A DNA stretch of 64,000 bases, from the NCBI GenBank assembly GCA_951406725.2, contig OX597837.1, forward strand, positions 11,532,001-11,596,000. Direction: 5' to 3'. Origin of the DNA: Octopus vulgaris. Its lineage: Eukaryota. The notes beneath the pieces are model-generated. The model worked only from the letters and a program-made list of their open reading frames with translations. It had not been told where the DNA came from and ran no database searches. The translations under genes and the position numbers were made by a program. Every line of letters begins with the position of its first letter. Within the stretch, counting starts at the first letter, position 1. Below, piece by piece: positions 40,162 through 52,895 of this stretch.

Positions 40162-40668
40162 CATACATACATACATACATACATACATACATACATACAT
40201 ACATAGCAAGATGGCTAGATAGGTAGATGTTAATGTGTATGCATATAAGTATTTATACAACAGAATCAGCCGGGGGGGGAAACAAACGATTGGGGCCACA
40301 GGCATTAAGTTGAACAGCAATTACGGATTAAGTAGTAATAGGTTATTGATTTATTTAAATTATCTTCACTTCCGGGGAAGTTAGTACAATCACTTGCTGG
40401 CAGTGGGACACTTTTGAAAGAGGAAGAGAAAATAATCAGAAATCCAAATATTTTCCCCAAAACTGAAATTCCATTACGGAAAACACAAAGTAGTTTCTCA
40501 GGAGATAAGAAGACATTTGTGCGAACGTGTTTCTGCCTGAAAAGACATCATCGTCTGTTGTTGACAATGCGTTCCCATGGTCAGCAGCCAATTAACGACA
40601 CAAATTACTCGCTGACCTCGTGAAGAGACAGCGCGAGACTCCAGAGTAGTAAGAGGCTGACATGCATA

Positions 40669-40701
<33 letters not shown>

Positions 40702-40702
40702 C

Positions 40703-40763
<61 letters not shown>

Positions 40764-40787
40764 AGTGTGTGTGTATCTATCTATCTA

Positions 40788-40832
<45 letters not shown>

Positions 40833-40964
40833 AGTTCAGCAAAAATTTAGATTCAAATGAATATGGTACTTAATTTAGATGCACCAGAATTCTGTATGGT
40901 GTTAACCATAAAAATCCGTGGGGTGATTATAATCAAAATAAGCAACAAGAATGACTCCGGTAAT

Positions 40965-41052
40965 TTGGTACGATCGTTTCGTACTACATCATTTTATTAA
41001 ATGTTGTAAGTATTACAACAGTTTTAAAATGCTGAGCACTCATCAGCACCAA
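40965..41052 (-). ncRNA. Type I hammerhead motif with long stem II
   Basis: TTGGTG-CTGATGA-GTGCT..ATTTTA..TGTTGTAA(TAC)TTACAACA..TAAAAT..AGTAC-GAAAC-GATC-GTA-CCAA; stem I imperfect. Confidence 0.65.
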
Positions 41053-41067
41053 TCATTATTTTGATTA

Positions 41068-41129
<62 letters not shown>

Positions 41130-41212
41130 TAATCAAAATAATGATTGGTGCTGATGAGTGCTCAGCATTTTAAAACTGTTGTAATACTTACAACATTTAA
41201 TAAAATGATGTA
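40985..41212. repeat. ~228-bp palindrome centred on (TA)n
   Basis: TACATCATTTTATTAAATG...TTTTATA (TA)n TATAAAA...CATTTAATAAAATGATGTA; no mismatch seen by eye. Confidence 0.9.
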
Positions 41213-42032
41213 TATATATATTATATTAAATTAGAGATAAAACCACTATTAGGCAAATCAAACAATGAAAACTTAAGCCAATACGTAAAATTAATTAATT
41301 TATATTATTTTAAATATATCAAAATTATTAAAACACTACGATCGTTTCATGGCTGTCCAATTCGTAATTGGTTACAGAGTAGTAAGAGACTGACACGCAT
41401 AATATATATACTTACATATATATTTTATGTATATTTTATATATATATATAGTATATGTGAGGAAGTGTGTATGTGTATGTGTAAACGATGTGTTTGTACA
41501 CGCATGTGTGTGTATATATGTATGTGTGTGTGTGCGTGTTTTAAATAAAGTGTCGAACACTTAGTTTACAAATTAATATACCCAGCCTCCTGTAGCTACA
41601 GTAATCGTTGTGTCTACATACAGACTGGCTGCCTGTTCCTCTCGGATTGGCCAAATTGATGGAAACGCGTCTGATGAGAATCCAGTAAGGTTCAAAAAAC
41701 GATTAATGATGTCATCATTTGGATTTCAATCGGAAATGACCGGGTTAAATTCGACCTGTTTATATATCTACTACATAGGTTATATATACATACATACATA
41801 TATATGTACCGCCGGATAGTCTGGGCCCGCAACAGGTGGAGCGTCCCTAGCCAAACAGCGACGTGTGAATGCAGGTGTAAAGACACCAACACGTAATACT
41901 GTTTGGTGACAGACTCAAACATGATTAATTATTCCGTCTGTCGTCTGAGATTCTTAATCAAAGTTGGTTCACATAAATAACAAAAACGAATACTTCCAAC
42001 TTTATCCCACTTTACATGGTAGAATTGTGTTT

Positions 42033-42104
<72 letters not shown>

Positions 42105-42281
42105 AAATAATATATAAATATACGCATATATACATACATATATATGTATATATACATGTATATATGGGTACAGGACATAAAAAAAAACGTTGAACACAAT
42201 GAGAAACGAAAACATAAAATCAAAAACAGAAAACGAACTTTTTTTTCGATGAACGAAAAAAACAGAGAAACGAGACATACA

Positions 42282-42337
<56 letters not shown>

Positions 42338-42810
42338 GATAAAAGTATGTCTATATTCACACACACATATATACACACCTCAATTATCAAGAATACAGTG
42401 AAATACTGCAATGCGATAATTAGCCGCCAAAATAAATCAAGGTGCAGACATAGAAGGGGAGGAGTGACAAAGAGAGCCAACAGAGGGAGGGAAAAGGGGG
42501 AGAGAGAGAAAGAGAGGGAGAAGAAACCATTCTCTAGAATTCCTTATTTCAAGATTTTTGTTGTCTGGTGTGTCAAAAATGGAAGCTATTGTAAGGAAAG
42601 TGTGAACTCTCAGACAGTCACCACAACAATATCAGCAACAACAATAGCAAAAACAACAACACCAGCAACAACAATAAAACGGGTAACAGCGACAACGATA
42701 GTAATTGCGTCAAATTTTGGCACAAGGCCAGCAAGCCGATCCCATTCACCTCAGTGTCCCACTGGTACTTGGACCTAGGTGGGACTTGAACCACTACGTC
42801 ATATGCCCAC

Positions 42811-42881
42811 GGGCATACGGCGTAGTGGTTAAGAGCGCGGGCTACTAACGCCGAGATTCCGAGTTCGATTCCAGGCAGTGA

Positions 42882-42885
<4 letters not shown>
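42811..42885 (+). promoter_or_regulatory. tRNA-derived Pol III type 2 promoter head (pseudo-tRNA)
   Basis: A box-like CGGCGTAGTGG, B box GAGTTCGATTCC, CT-ACT-AA anticodon-like loop; acceptor stem does not pair as in a real tRNA. Confidence 0.7.
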
Positions 42886-42968
<83 letters not shown>

Positions 42969-42975
42969 TAATAAC

Positions 42976-43044
<69 letters not shown>

Positions 43045-43047
<3 letters not shown>

Positions 43048-43488
43048 CCGATACACACAGATAGAGAAATTAAGGCCAACAGACCAGATATCGTTGTCAG
43101 AGATCATGAAGAAAAAAAAATGCTTTCTAATTGATGTATCAATACCGGCAGATGACAACGTGTCTCTAAAAGAAATTCTCAAAATACAAAGACCTGGAAA
43201 TAGAGGTAACTAGAATGTGGAATCTGAAAACAGAAACAATTCCTATCATAGTAGGTGCATTAGGCATGATAAAAAAATATTCAGACAAATACATAACAAA
43301 AACACCAGGACTTACAAACACATATAACATACAGAAAATTGCACTACTGGGCACTGCACACATCCTACGCAGAACACTTTCCATACAATAACCATCAGAG
43401 CATCACAACAAATCACAGCACATACCCAAGGCACACAGAGCTGCGCTCGGTAGTGAAGTGAAAGCACGCTATAAAAATAAAACTACTG
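43045..43488 (+). mobile_element. 5'-truncated R4/Dong-clade non-LTR retrotransposon in (TAA)n
   Basis: PIHTDREIKANRPDIVV..(frameshift)..LIDVSIPADDN (PD..D endonuclease motif), KYKDLEIEVTRMW, IPIIVGALG, IQKIALLGTAHILRRTLSIQ*; (AAT)n on both sides. Confidence 0.88.
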
Positions 43489-43541
43489 AATAATAATAAT
43501 AATACCTTAGAAATGAGAACCCAGGTTCGAAATTTCCCCAA

Positions 43542-43587
43542 GACACCTGATGAAGGCTGGAGGGTATATCAGCCGAAACGTTGTGTT
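43542..43587 (+). ncRNA. Minimal type I hammerhead ribozyme, tandem copy 1
   Basis: GACAC-CTGATGA-A-GGCTG(GAGGGTATAT)CAGCC-GAAAC-GTT-GTGTT; predicted cut after 43582. Confidence 0.75.
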
Positions 43588-43800
43588 AACAACAAACAAG
43601 ATGAGGACAAATATCCGTCAAATGTAAATAATGTACATAATTCCTCATCTCTTAAATAGAAGAAGAAGAAGAAGAAGAAGAAGAAGAAGAAGAAGAAGAA
43701 GAAGAAGAAGAAGAAGAAGAAGAAGAAGAAGAAGAAGGAGAAGAAGAAGAAGATCGAAAAATACCTTAGAAATGAGAACCCAGGTTCGAAATTTCCCCAA

Positions 43801-43846
43801 GACACCTGATGAAGGTTGGAGGGTATATCAGCCGAAACGTTGTTTT
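43801..43846 (+). ncRNA. Minimal type I hammerhead ribozyme, tandem copy 2
   Basis: Same motif; stem II GGTTG/CAGCC kept by a G-U pair, one mismatch in stem I; predicted cut after 43841. Confidence 0.7.
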
Positions 43847-44344
43847 AACAACAAAACAAGATGAGGACAAATATTCGTCAAATGTAAATAATGTAAATAA
43901 TGTATACACTTAAGATCTCTAAGCATGCAGATGTGTGTATGCGCGTGTGTGTATATGTGTGTGAGAGTGCGCGGGTTATCGTGCGTTTGTGTGTGTGTGT
44001 GTGTGTGTGTATGTGAGTATATAGACTCACACAAAAATGTAGGCAGCAACGTTTTCTTTCATAAAGATCTCTCTACCTAATCACTGAAAGTACACTGCTC
44101 TTTACTTGTTTGCATGTTCACTTCTCTTATGCACTCTCGGTAATTAAATCTATTTTCTAGATTAGTTTACTTTGTACTCCCTAGCTTCGTATGAATAGAT
44201 TCGTACCTATAGCTCCCGGCACAAATATATATATATTTTTTTCTAAAGCATTTCAACTTTAATTTTCCAACTAGATACCTCTGAAGTTCTTTTCTTTCCC
44301 TTTTCATATCTGTCTTTTTATTGCCAAGTTATATATTTGCCATA

Positions 44345-44385
<41 letters not shown>

Positions 44386-44489
44386 CATATATATATATAT
44401 GTGTGTGAGATGTGTAGTGCATATGTATATACATATATATATGCATATATATATATAAACACGTATATTTATATATATATATGTGCATA

Positions 44490-44592
<103 letters not shown>

Positions 44593-44611
44593 ATGTATAT
44601 ATATAGAGATG

Positions 44612-44707
<96 letters not shown>

Positions 44708-45372
44708 GTATAGGATAAGAAATAACTTTTGCTCGTTTTTAGGAAACAAAAATGGTTTATAGGACTGCAAAAAAGTTCTCAAACGAAATTGCGACAAAGA
44801 CAAGAAAAAAAACATTGATTAGAGTAGAAACATCAAATTCGAGTCTACGACTTTATATAACTCCACGCTTCCAGAGATTTGATCACGTATAAATATCACC
44901 ATGGCTTTTAACATATAAAAAAAGAATGCATTTATAAAGCACAGAAGGTAAAAAAATATATATATGCACATAAAAATACAAAATATATAGAAAGGCCTGT
45001 GAAGAAAAGGTATATAGAAATAGACTAAAATAGGTAATCAAAAGGAATTACTAACCAATATCAATCGACTGAAAACTGTTTTTTACCCTTCAATTAACAA
45101 TATCTCAAAGTAGTTCGTTTTAAAAAGCAATCCCTGGTAGGTTGATGTCTAAAGAGTTTTTTTTTTAAATAGGGTCAAAAAACGCATCTATGGCGGTCCG
45201 ATTGTGAATTAGTGCGTATCATGGCAATGGCCCCCTCATCAGGATAATTAAAAATTTCACAGTCAAGTCGTTATATATATATATATAATATTTGTATATG
45301 TGTGTGTGTGCATGCGTAAACATAAATATATGTGTAAATACAAGAATGAGTATGTGTATATGTGTATATATA

Positions 45373-45410
<38 letters not shown>

Positions 45411-45690
45411 TATTGGTGAATTGAAGAAATGGAGCTGAACGCAGATTGAACAGAAATCGTTTTATTTCATTCTACACGTGTTTACTGCTGTGATTTTTGC
45501 TACTAAGGTATCGGTTAAACTTTTGATTAATCTACTACAAGATTATTCATCTTTCTATTTCACATATATATATATATATATATATGCATATAAAAAAATC
45601 AAACAAATAAATTGTGAAAGTACTTTATACATACATATCTGTATCCACTATTTGTGTACGTTATCTTACGTGTGAATGTACTTTTAGTTA

Positions 45691-45761
<71 letters not shown>

Positions 45762-46002
45762 TATTATATTATATTCTATAATATAAATTGGACATGGGCG
45801 ATCGTTGTATTCTTTCTTGTCTTGTGGTTCACAGCCAAACGGCTGGGTGGATTCGCGTGAAAAGTGGCACACATGTGGTGACGGGTGGCATAGACTGGAA
45901 TGCGGTTTGTATTCTTTTTTCCTATCCCTCATACTTACCGAGAAAATCGATTAAAACTTTTCTAATGGAATTCTCGTTTGTATATATATATATATATATA
46001 TA

Positions 46003-46386
46003 TTCTCTTTTACTCTTTTACTTGTTTCAGTCATTTGACTGCGGCCATGCTGGAGCGCCGCCTTTAGTCGAGCAAATCGATCCCGGGACTTATTCTTTTT
46101 GTAAGCCCAGTACTTATTCTATCGGTCTCTGTTGCCGAACCGCTAAGTGACGGGAACGTAAACACACCAGCATCGGTTGTCAAGCAATGCTAGGGGGACA
46201 AACACAGACACACACACATACATATATATACATATATACGACAGGCTTCTTTCAGTTTCCGTCTACCAAATCCACTCACAAGGCATTGGTCGGCCCGGGG
46301 CTATAGCAGAAGACACTTGCCCAAGATGCCACGCAGTGGGACTGAACCCGGAACCATGTGGCTGGTTAGCAAGCTACTTACCACAC
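46003..46386 (-). mobile_element. tRNA-derived SINE, family A
   Basis: Near-identical to 6026-6408. Confidence 0.9.
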
Positions 46387-46577
46387 TAATAATAGGGAGT
46401 AAATCCAAACTTACAGGGAAAAATTAGATTTAGGATTAAATCTAATTTTATAGTATAAATATATATATTAAATTAGAGATAAAACCACTATTAGGCAAAT
46501 CATTAATTAATTTTATTTCTATGTTTTGGTTTATGATTTTCACTGTTTGATTTGCCTAATAGTCGTTTTATCCCTAA

Positions 46578-46654
<77 letters not shown>

Positions 46655-46658
<4 letters not shown>

Positions 46659-46950
46659 CTTGATCACCTTGACTGACCAGTCCGTCGGGCGTCCATTTGA
46701 CACTGCTGGTCACAGCACGCTGTCCACTCCTCTCTGGATCGCGCCTTTCTCATCCACGTGATCCCAATCATTCTCCTGAAATCGTCACTCCACCGTCGTG
46801 GAGGCCTTCCGGATGGTCGTTTCCACTCGCGCAGGTACCACTCGACAACTGCGCGGGTCCACCGATTATCGGTGAGCCGGGCGACGTGTCCAGCCCATCT
46901 AAACTTGCTGCGTATTTTTACTCTGCGATGACATCCCTCACGCTCTGGTT
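46655..46950 (-). mobile_element. RTE-clade LINE 3' end
   Basis: KFRWAGHVARLTDNRWTRAVVEWYLREWKRPSGRP; same CAAGGTGATCAAGGTGA-(TA)n tail as the 34741 copy. Confidence 0.88.
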
Positions 46951-47336
46951 TGATAATAAAAATAAAATTTTAATTAAACATGGCGGGACTCAACTGTGCG
47001 CTCCACGTCTTTTCTCTTTTTTTACATGATTTCTGTGTTTGGATAACCAGCGGTTTGTTTCTGTATCGTTTAATGAAAGTTACAAAATTTAAATTAAATG
47101 TGATGGCTCATTATTTACAAAAATATTACAGTATGAATTACAAACTGTTGAACAGCTTAGACAAGATAATCATTATTCTAGATTTGTTATTACAAAATCC
47201 ATAGAATTACTGAGCGTCATTAAAGATATTTCCTTGTTTTCTTTCGTTCTTTATCTATGTTTTAAAATCATTCTACTTTCCCCTCGTGTTTAAGAGAACA
47301 AGTCATTTTCATTTTAATGATCAAAATCTCACTCAC

Positions 47337-47377
<41 letters not shown>

Positions 47378-47754
47378 CTCTTTCTCCATATATATGCGTA
47401 CGTGTGTGCATGTATGTGTGTGTGTGTGTGTAAATGTTGAACAATGAGAATAAATGCTCAATACCTCATTGGTGGACAGAATTTCTTTATTTGTGTATTA
47501 AGGCAACTATTAGTTTCATGCTAAGAAAATATCTTAAAATCTTAAATTTTCAAGACGATCGCATGCAGGAATGGTGTTCCTCTTCATTCTGGATGAAAAT
47601 AAGAAAATTCGCGAGAATTCACAATAAAGTGTCGTAAAGAGTACAAGAAATCAAAGAGTAGCTACTCTTTTGAGCGATTATTTTCCTTGAGTTTGACTTC
47701 TGGGGAAAAAAAAACTGTGTTGGATGATGAATTTGTTTACATTATATTATATTA

Positions 47755-48149
47755 CTAGCAGTATCGCCCGGCGTTGCTCGGGTTTGTAAGGGAAATAACT
47801 ATATAAGCATTCTTAGAGTTGTAAGGTATAATAGCCATCTCAATATGGCTAACCACAAAGGGGAGGTGTTACTGTAGCTTTTTACGTTCTGAGATTTAAT
47901 AATAATTTTTTAGAGAGTTACTTCCCTTATATACGTCAAAAATGCATTAAAATGGGAAAAATTGATGGTAAATATTTTTTTAAATCGTAGACTCATCGTA
48001 GACGCGCGCTAATTTCTAGAAGGGCTCGATATAAATTACGACTATAAGATACCCGGTTTTGGTTAAACTGCACCGCAAAATGTGGGAGTAGTTAGGAATC
48101 AAAATCGTAGGAGACAGGCAGCACACAACCTCACTTTTATATATAAAGA
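47755..48149 (-). mobile_element. Non-autonomous Helitron with variant internal segment
   Basis: Same termini as the 18225 and 20311 copies; 47830-47900 differs and matches 27883-27930. Confidence 0.85.
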
Positions 48150-49011
48150 TATTCTGAGTATGTTTAATGTTCGTATTACAGGAACTAACTTAGAAGCCAC
48201 AAATTACCGTTACTCATTTCTAATAACAACACCGAATTGCGTTCCTCATTTTATTACCTGTTGCTCTAGTCTACTCACCTGGCTGAAACTAGTTCTACCT
48301 GTAATACAAAGCGAGCCAGCCTCGTTACATTTTGTGTCACGATGAGAACTACGTGGGATACTCAACCATTTGCACGTTAATTTCGCGAATAGGCTATTTC
48401 GTTGATCGGATTGGGTGGAACACTCGTCGTAACCGACGGAGTCCCGTTTTGATTGCAAATAAATACACATTGCTGATTATTATAAGGGGATTGTTCTAAA
48501 CCTGAAGCATTGCATTTTTCTTGAGCTCTAGGAGGGAAAAGAAACGCCTTTGCTATAAATGCTTTTAAATTACGGCACAAGGCCAGCAAATTTAGAGGCG
48601 GGGAAACTTCTTTATATTAACGCATTACTCAACTGCTACTTATTTTAGAGACCCCTAAAAGCTTGCAAAATTGTTAGCATGCCGGACAAAATTCTTAGTG
48701 GCATTTCTTCCGGCATTACGTTCGGAGTTCAAATGCCGCCGAGATCGGTTTTACCTTTCATCCTTTCGGTGTCGCTACAATAAATACCAGTTGAACAGTG
48801 GGGTCGCTGTAATCGTCTAATATCCTCCGCCAAAAATTCTAAACTTTGTCCATATAGCAGAAAGGCTTTTAACGACTCCGAAAGTATAAACAGCAAATCT
48901 GACCCCTGCTGGGTTTGAAAGGCGGGAAGAAATGTCAGTAACCATTTTGCCCCTGGTGCTAACGATTCTATCACCTCACTACATTTGTCAGCTTAATGTT
49001 GTATCAAATTC

Positions 49012-49414
49012 ACGGCGGCGAGCTGGCAGAAACGTTGGCACGCCGGGCGAAATGCTTAGCGGTATTTCGTCTGCCGCTACGTTCTGAGTTCAAATTCCGC
49101 CGAGGTCGACTTTGTCTTTCATCCTTTCAGGGTCGATTAAATAAGTACCAGTTACGCTCTGGGGTCGATATAATCAACTTAATCTGTTTGTCTGTCCTTG
49201 TTTATCTTCTCTGTGTTTAGCCCCTTGTGGGTAGTAAAGAAATAGGTATTTCGTCTGTCTTTACGTTCTGAGTTCAAATTCCGCCGAGGTCGACTTTGCC
49301 TTTCATCCATTCGGGGTCGATAAATTAAGTACCAGTTGCGTACTGCGATCGATCTAATCAACTGCCCCCCCTCCCCCAAAATTTCGGGCCTTGTTTCTAG
49401 AGTACAAAAGTATA
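49012..49414 (+). mobile_element. Family B SINE dimer with 13-bp TSD
   Basis: TTGTATCAAATTC at 48999-49011 and 49415-49427 flanks head plus two core units. Confidence 0.9.
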
Positions 49415-50104
49415 TTGTATCAAATTCTGGCACAAGACCAGCGATTTTAGGGGAAAAGAAAAAATCGATCACATCGCCTCCAGTGCTCAATGATTGAGCC
49501 AGTTCATCGCCTTTGCTTTTGACATAATTGTAAAGTATATTGTTCCTGTATTTACTACAACCTCGTTTCTTTACGGTAGTTTTAAATTCAAGTTTTACTT
49601 CTAATTGCGTTGATTCGAGTACGTTTGCAAAATCTTTCAATGAGCGCATTATAAACTTTCACAATACAACGAACATTTTACAATTTCACATATCTCCTTC
49701 ATTTTCGATATTCTCTGAACATCACCGGTTTATATATCACAATGTATTTAAAAATAGTATTCGTATCCTATTCTCTATACAGTACAGCTAATGAACGCGC
49801 CACTTATTCATACATTTCTATAAGCATCTGACAGCTAGAAGTACGAACTTGTCTCAAGATATTATAAACCACACAATGCATTTATGTCAGTGTGATGCAA
49901 AGCTTCCTCTTTTTCCTTCCTATCTCTTCATTTCAGCTGCAATTATTTATTATTGAACTACTACTTTAATATCGATTTTTATTGTTCTTTTTATTTCATT
50001 ATCCGCGAAATAGAAAACAAGTTGTTATAATTTGTATGATAATAACGAAAGAACGCTTGAAATTTTGGGGAAGGGGCCGGACGACTTCATCAACCACACG
50101 AAAT

Positions 50105-50470
50105 CTTTGGGGAGGGGCCAGTTGATTAGATCAACCCCAGTACGCAACTGGTATTTAATTTATCGATCCCCCGAAAGAATGAAAGGCAAAGTCGACCTCG
50201 GCGGAATTTGAACTCAGAACGTAGCGGCAAACGAAACACCTATTTCTTTACTGCCCACAAGGGGCTAAACACAGAGAGGACAAACAGGGACAGACAAGCA
50301 GATTAAGTCGATTACATCGACTTCAGTGCGTGACTGGTACTTAATTTATCGACCCCGAAAGAATGAAGGCAAAGTCGACCTCGGCGGAATTTGAACTCAC
50401 AACGTAACGGCAAACGAAATACCGCTAACTATTTCGCCCGGCGTGCTAACGTTTCTGCCAGCTCGCCGCC
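50105..50470 (-). mobile_element. Family B SINE dimer
   Basis: Reverse complement of 49012-49385. Confidence 0.85.
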
Positions 50471-51131
50471 TTTGAGTATTTAAATATTATCAAGGACTAC
50501 ATTCCAACCATGACCTTACCTCCCAATTCTTAATCCAAGACTAGGTCTACAGCGTCAAGATTGGCTATAAGAGAAATCGACTTAAACTACCGACTCACAC
50601 TACACGTTATAATTTTTCTATTGAGTTTAATGATTCTTATGTACTCTTTAACTCTTTTTACTCTTCCTTTACGTAGCCCATATCTACACACTATATCATA
50701 CAAATTGTAATCTTTAGTTTAAACAAGGGATTCCCTTGTAATTACAGGAACTAACTTAGAAGCCACAAATTACCGTTACTTATTTCTAATAACCACTGGA
50801 TATCCCCCACCACGTATAACTCATTCGGCCAACACCGCCGGTCAAATAATCACTGTCCCCACTTACTGTCACACGCATCTAAAGAAGGGATCTACTACAA
50901 GTCAATAAAATGTAAGTCTTCAGACTTCAGCAAACATTTTTCATTTTCTTTTTCTTTGCTTTTCATTCTTTCTATTCATTCTGAAGCTGTTTATTAAATG
51001 CAGCGAGGTAAATGCAAATTTACTGCGATTTGATAAACAGAAACAGCTGTAAATGGTTCCAAATTCAATTAAATAATGACTTTTAAACAACAATGATCCA
51101 CTTCTCATTGTTATTTATTGCTCCATTTATT

Positions 51132-51184
<53 letters not shown>

Positions 51185-51248
51185 ATATGTGTGTGTGTGT
51201 ATTTGATTAATGAGAGAGACGAAAGATGGGAAAAGTGAGAATATTTAT

Positions 51249-51358
51249 TAATCACTACAATTGTTTCGACTCATTTCACATCGATTCTTCACGGGTGGGG
51301 CACTGAACAGCTGGTTTAGGAGTATCCGTCGGTGTAGATGTGTCTCTTCAGGTGATTA
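51249..51358 (-). ncRNA. Type I hammerhead ribozyme motif
   Basis: TAATCAC-CTGAAGA-GAC...GTC-GAAAC-AATT-GTA-GTGATTA; perfect 7-bp stem I, palindromic stem III ACAATTGT. Confidence 0.82.
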
Positions 51359-51635
51359 CCAAGATGTATCTTCGTAAAATAACGATATATACATATATAT
51401 ATAGAGAGAGGGGGAGATAGAAAGAGAGAGAGAAACATAGACACCAATACCTGCATTTATTCAGAAAGATAAACACATACATATATACATATAGCATAAT
51501 TTGTGTGTGTATGTGTTTCTGTGTCTATGTGTGTCGAGCTTAATTGTATTTATCCATATAACTACATAGAAAGATAGATAGATAGATGGATGGATAAATA
51601 GATAGATAGATAAATAGACAGACAGACAGACAGAC

Positions 51636-51696
<61 letters not shown>

Positions 51697-52372
51697 CGAC
51701 GTCCAGCTTTCGGTTCCCGTCTACCAAATCCTTTCGCAAGGTTTTAATCGGCCTGGTGTTAAAGCAGAAGACACTTGCGCAAGTGGGCGCGTTGTGGGAC
51801 TGAACCCGGAGCCGTGTGGTTGAGAAGCCAACTTCTTACCAGAAGTCCATTATTTCTAAACATTATCCATTATTTCAAAACATTTCGGAGAAATTTAGAT
51901 GCTATTTCTAGCACATCGAGAATAAGCACTTTTAATGGTTTCCATTGGTCATCATTCTAGTTGTTATTGATTTTTATGTTATCGCAAAATGCCAAAAGAA
52001 AATATTATTTCCATAAAGACATTAATTCTGTATTGATCCACCATACACATCCCATGATACCATTCTTCTCTGTAAATATTTCGTTTTCTACTTAATTTAG
52101 CATCGAAAGGAGCAATTAAAAACACATTTTTTTTTTCCAATAATAAATATTACAAAAACTAGAGTTGATATCGAATTGGAATTCCAATCAATAGAATGTG
52201 AATGAATTATAATTAAAAAGGAATCTTTTTAATATAAACAATTATAAATTTGTAAGCAGTATATTCTCGCAGGAAAAACAGAAAGACAAAGCTAATTTTT
52301 CTTTTCCAAATATGTGTATGAATATATATTTGTGTGTGTGTTTGTGAGCGTGTTTGAATCTATTTATCCATA

Positions 52373-52440
<68 letters not shown>

Positions 52441-52752
52441 CGTGGGTTTGTGGTAAGAAGCCTGCTTCCCAACCACAGGGTTCTGGCTTCAGTCCCACGG
52501 CGTGGCAACTTCGGCAAGCGTCTTCTAATATAGCCCCGGGCTGACCAAACCCTTGGGAGAGGATTTAGAAGGCGGAAACCTCCCCATAAGCTAGCGGTTC
52601 GGTAGAAGATACTAGGTTTATAAATAAAACCTGAGGTCGATTTGTTCGATTAAACAAACCCTTCAAGGCGTAAAGAATAAAGAATGTGTGTGTGCGTGTG
52701 TGAGTGTGTATATATATATTGGTTAATCGATGAACACAGACATATGCATGTG

Positions 52753-52786
<34 letters not shown>

Positions 52787-52816
52787 CATACATACATACA
52801 TACATACATACATACA

Positions 52817-52847
<31 letters not shown>

Positions 52848-52895
52848 TTCAAATTAACAACGAGAATAGCGACATAGAAGACAGAGTGAAAGTAA

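Noticed and set aside
40605-40652. Hammerhead-like TTAC..CGCTG..CAGCG-C-GAGAC-TCCAGA-GTA-GTAA
   Set aside because: No CUGANGA core and GAAA mutated; suggestive only
41651-41722. Hammerhead around CTGATGA at 41671
   Set aside because: Stem II is plausible (GAATC/GGTTC) but GAAA, stem III and stem I partners are missing or out of order
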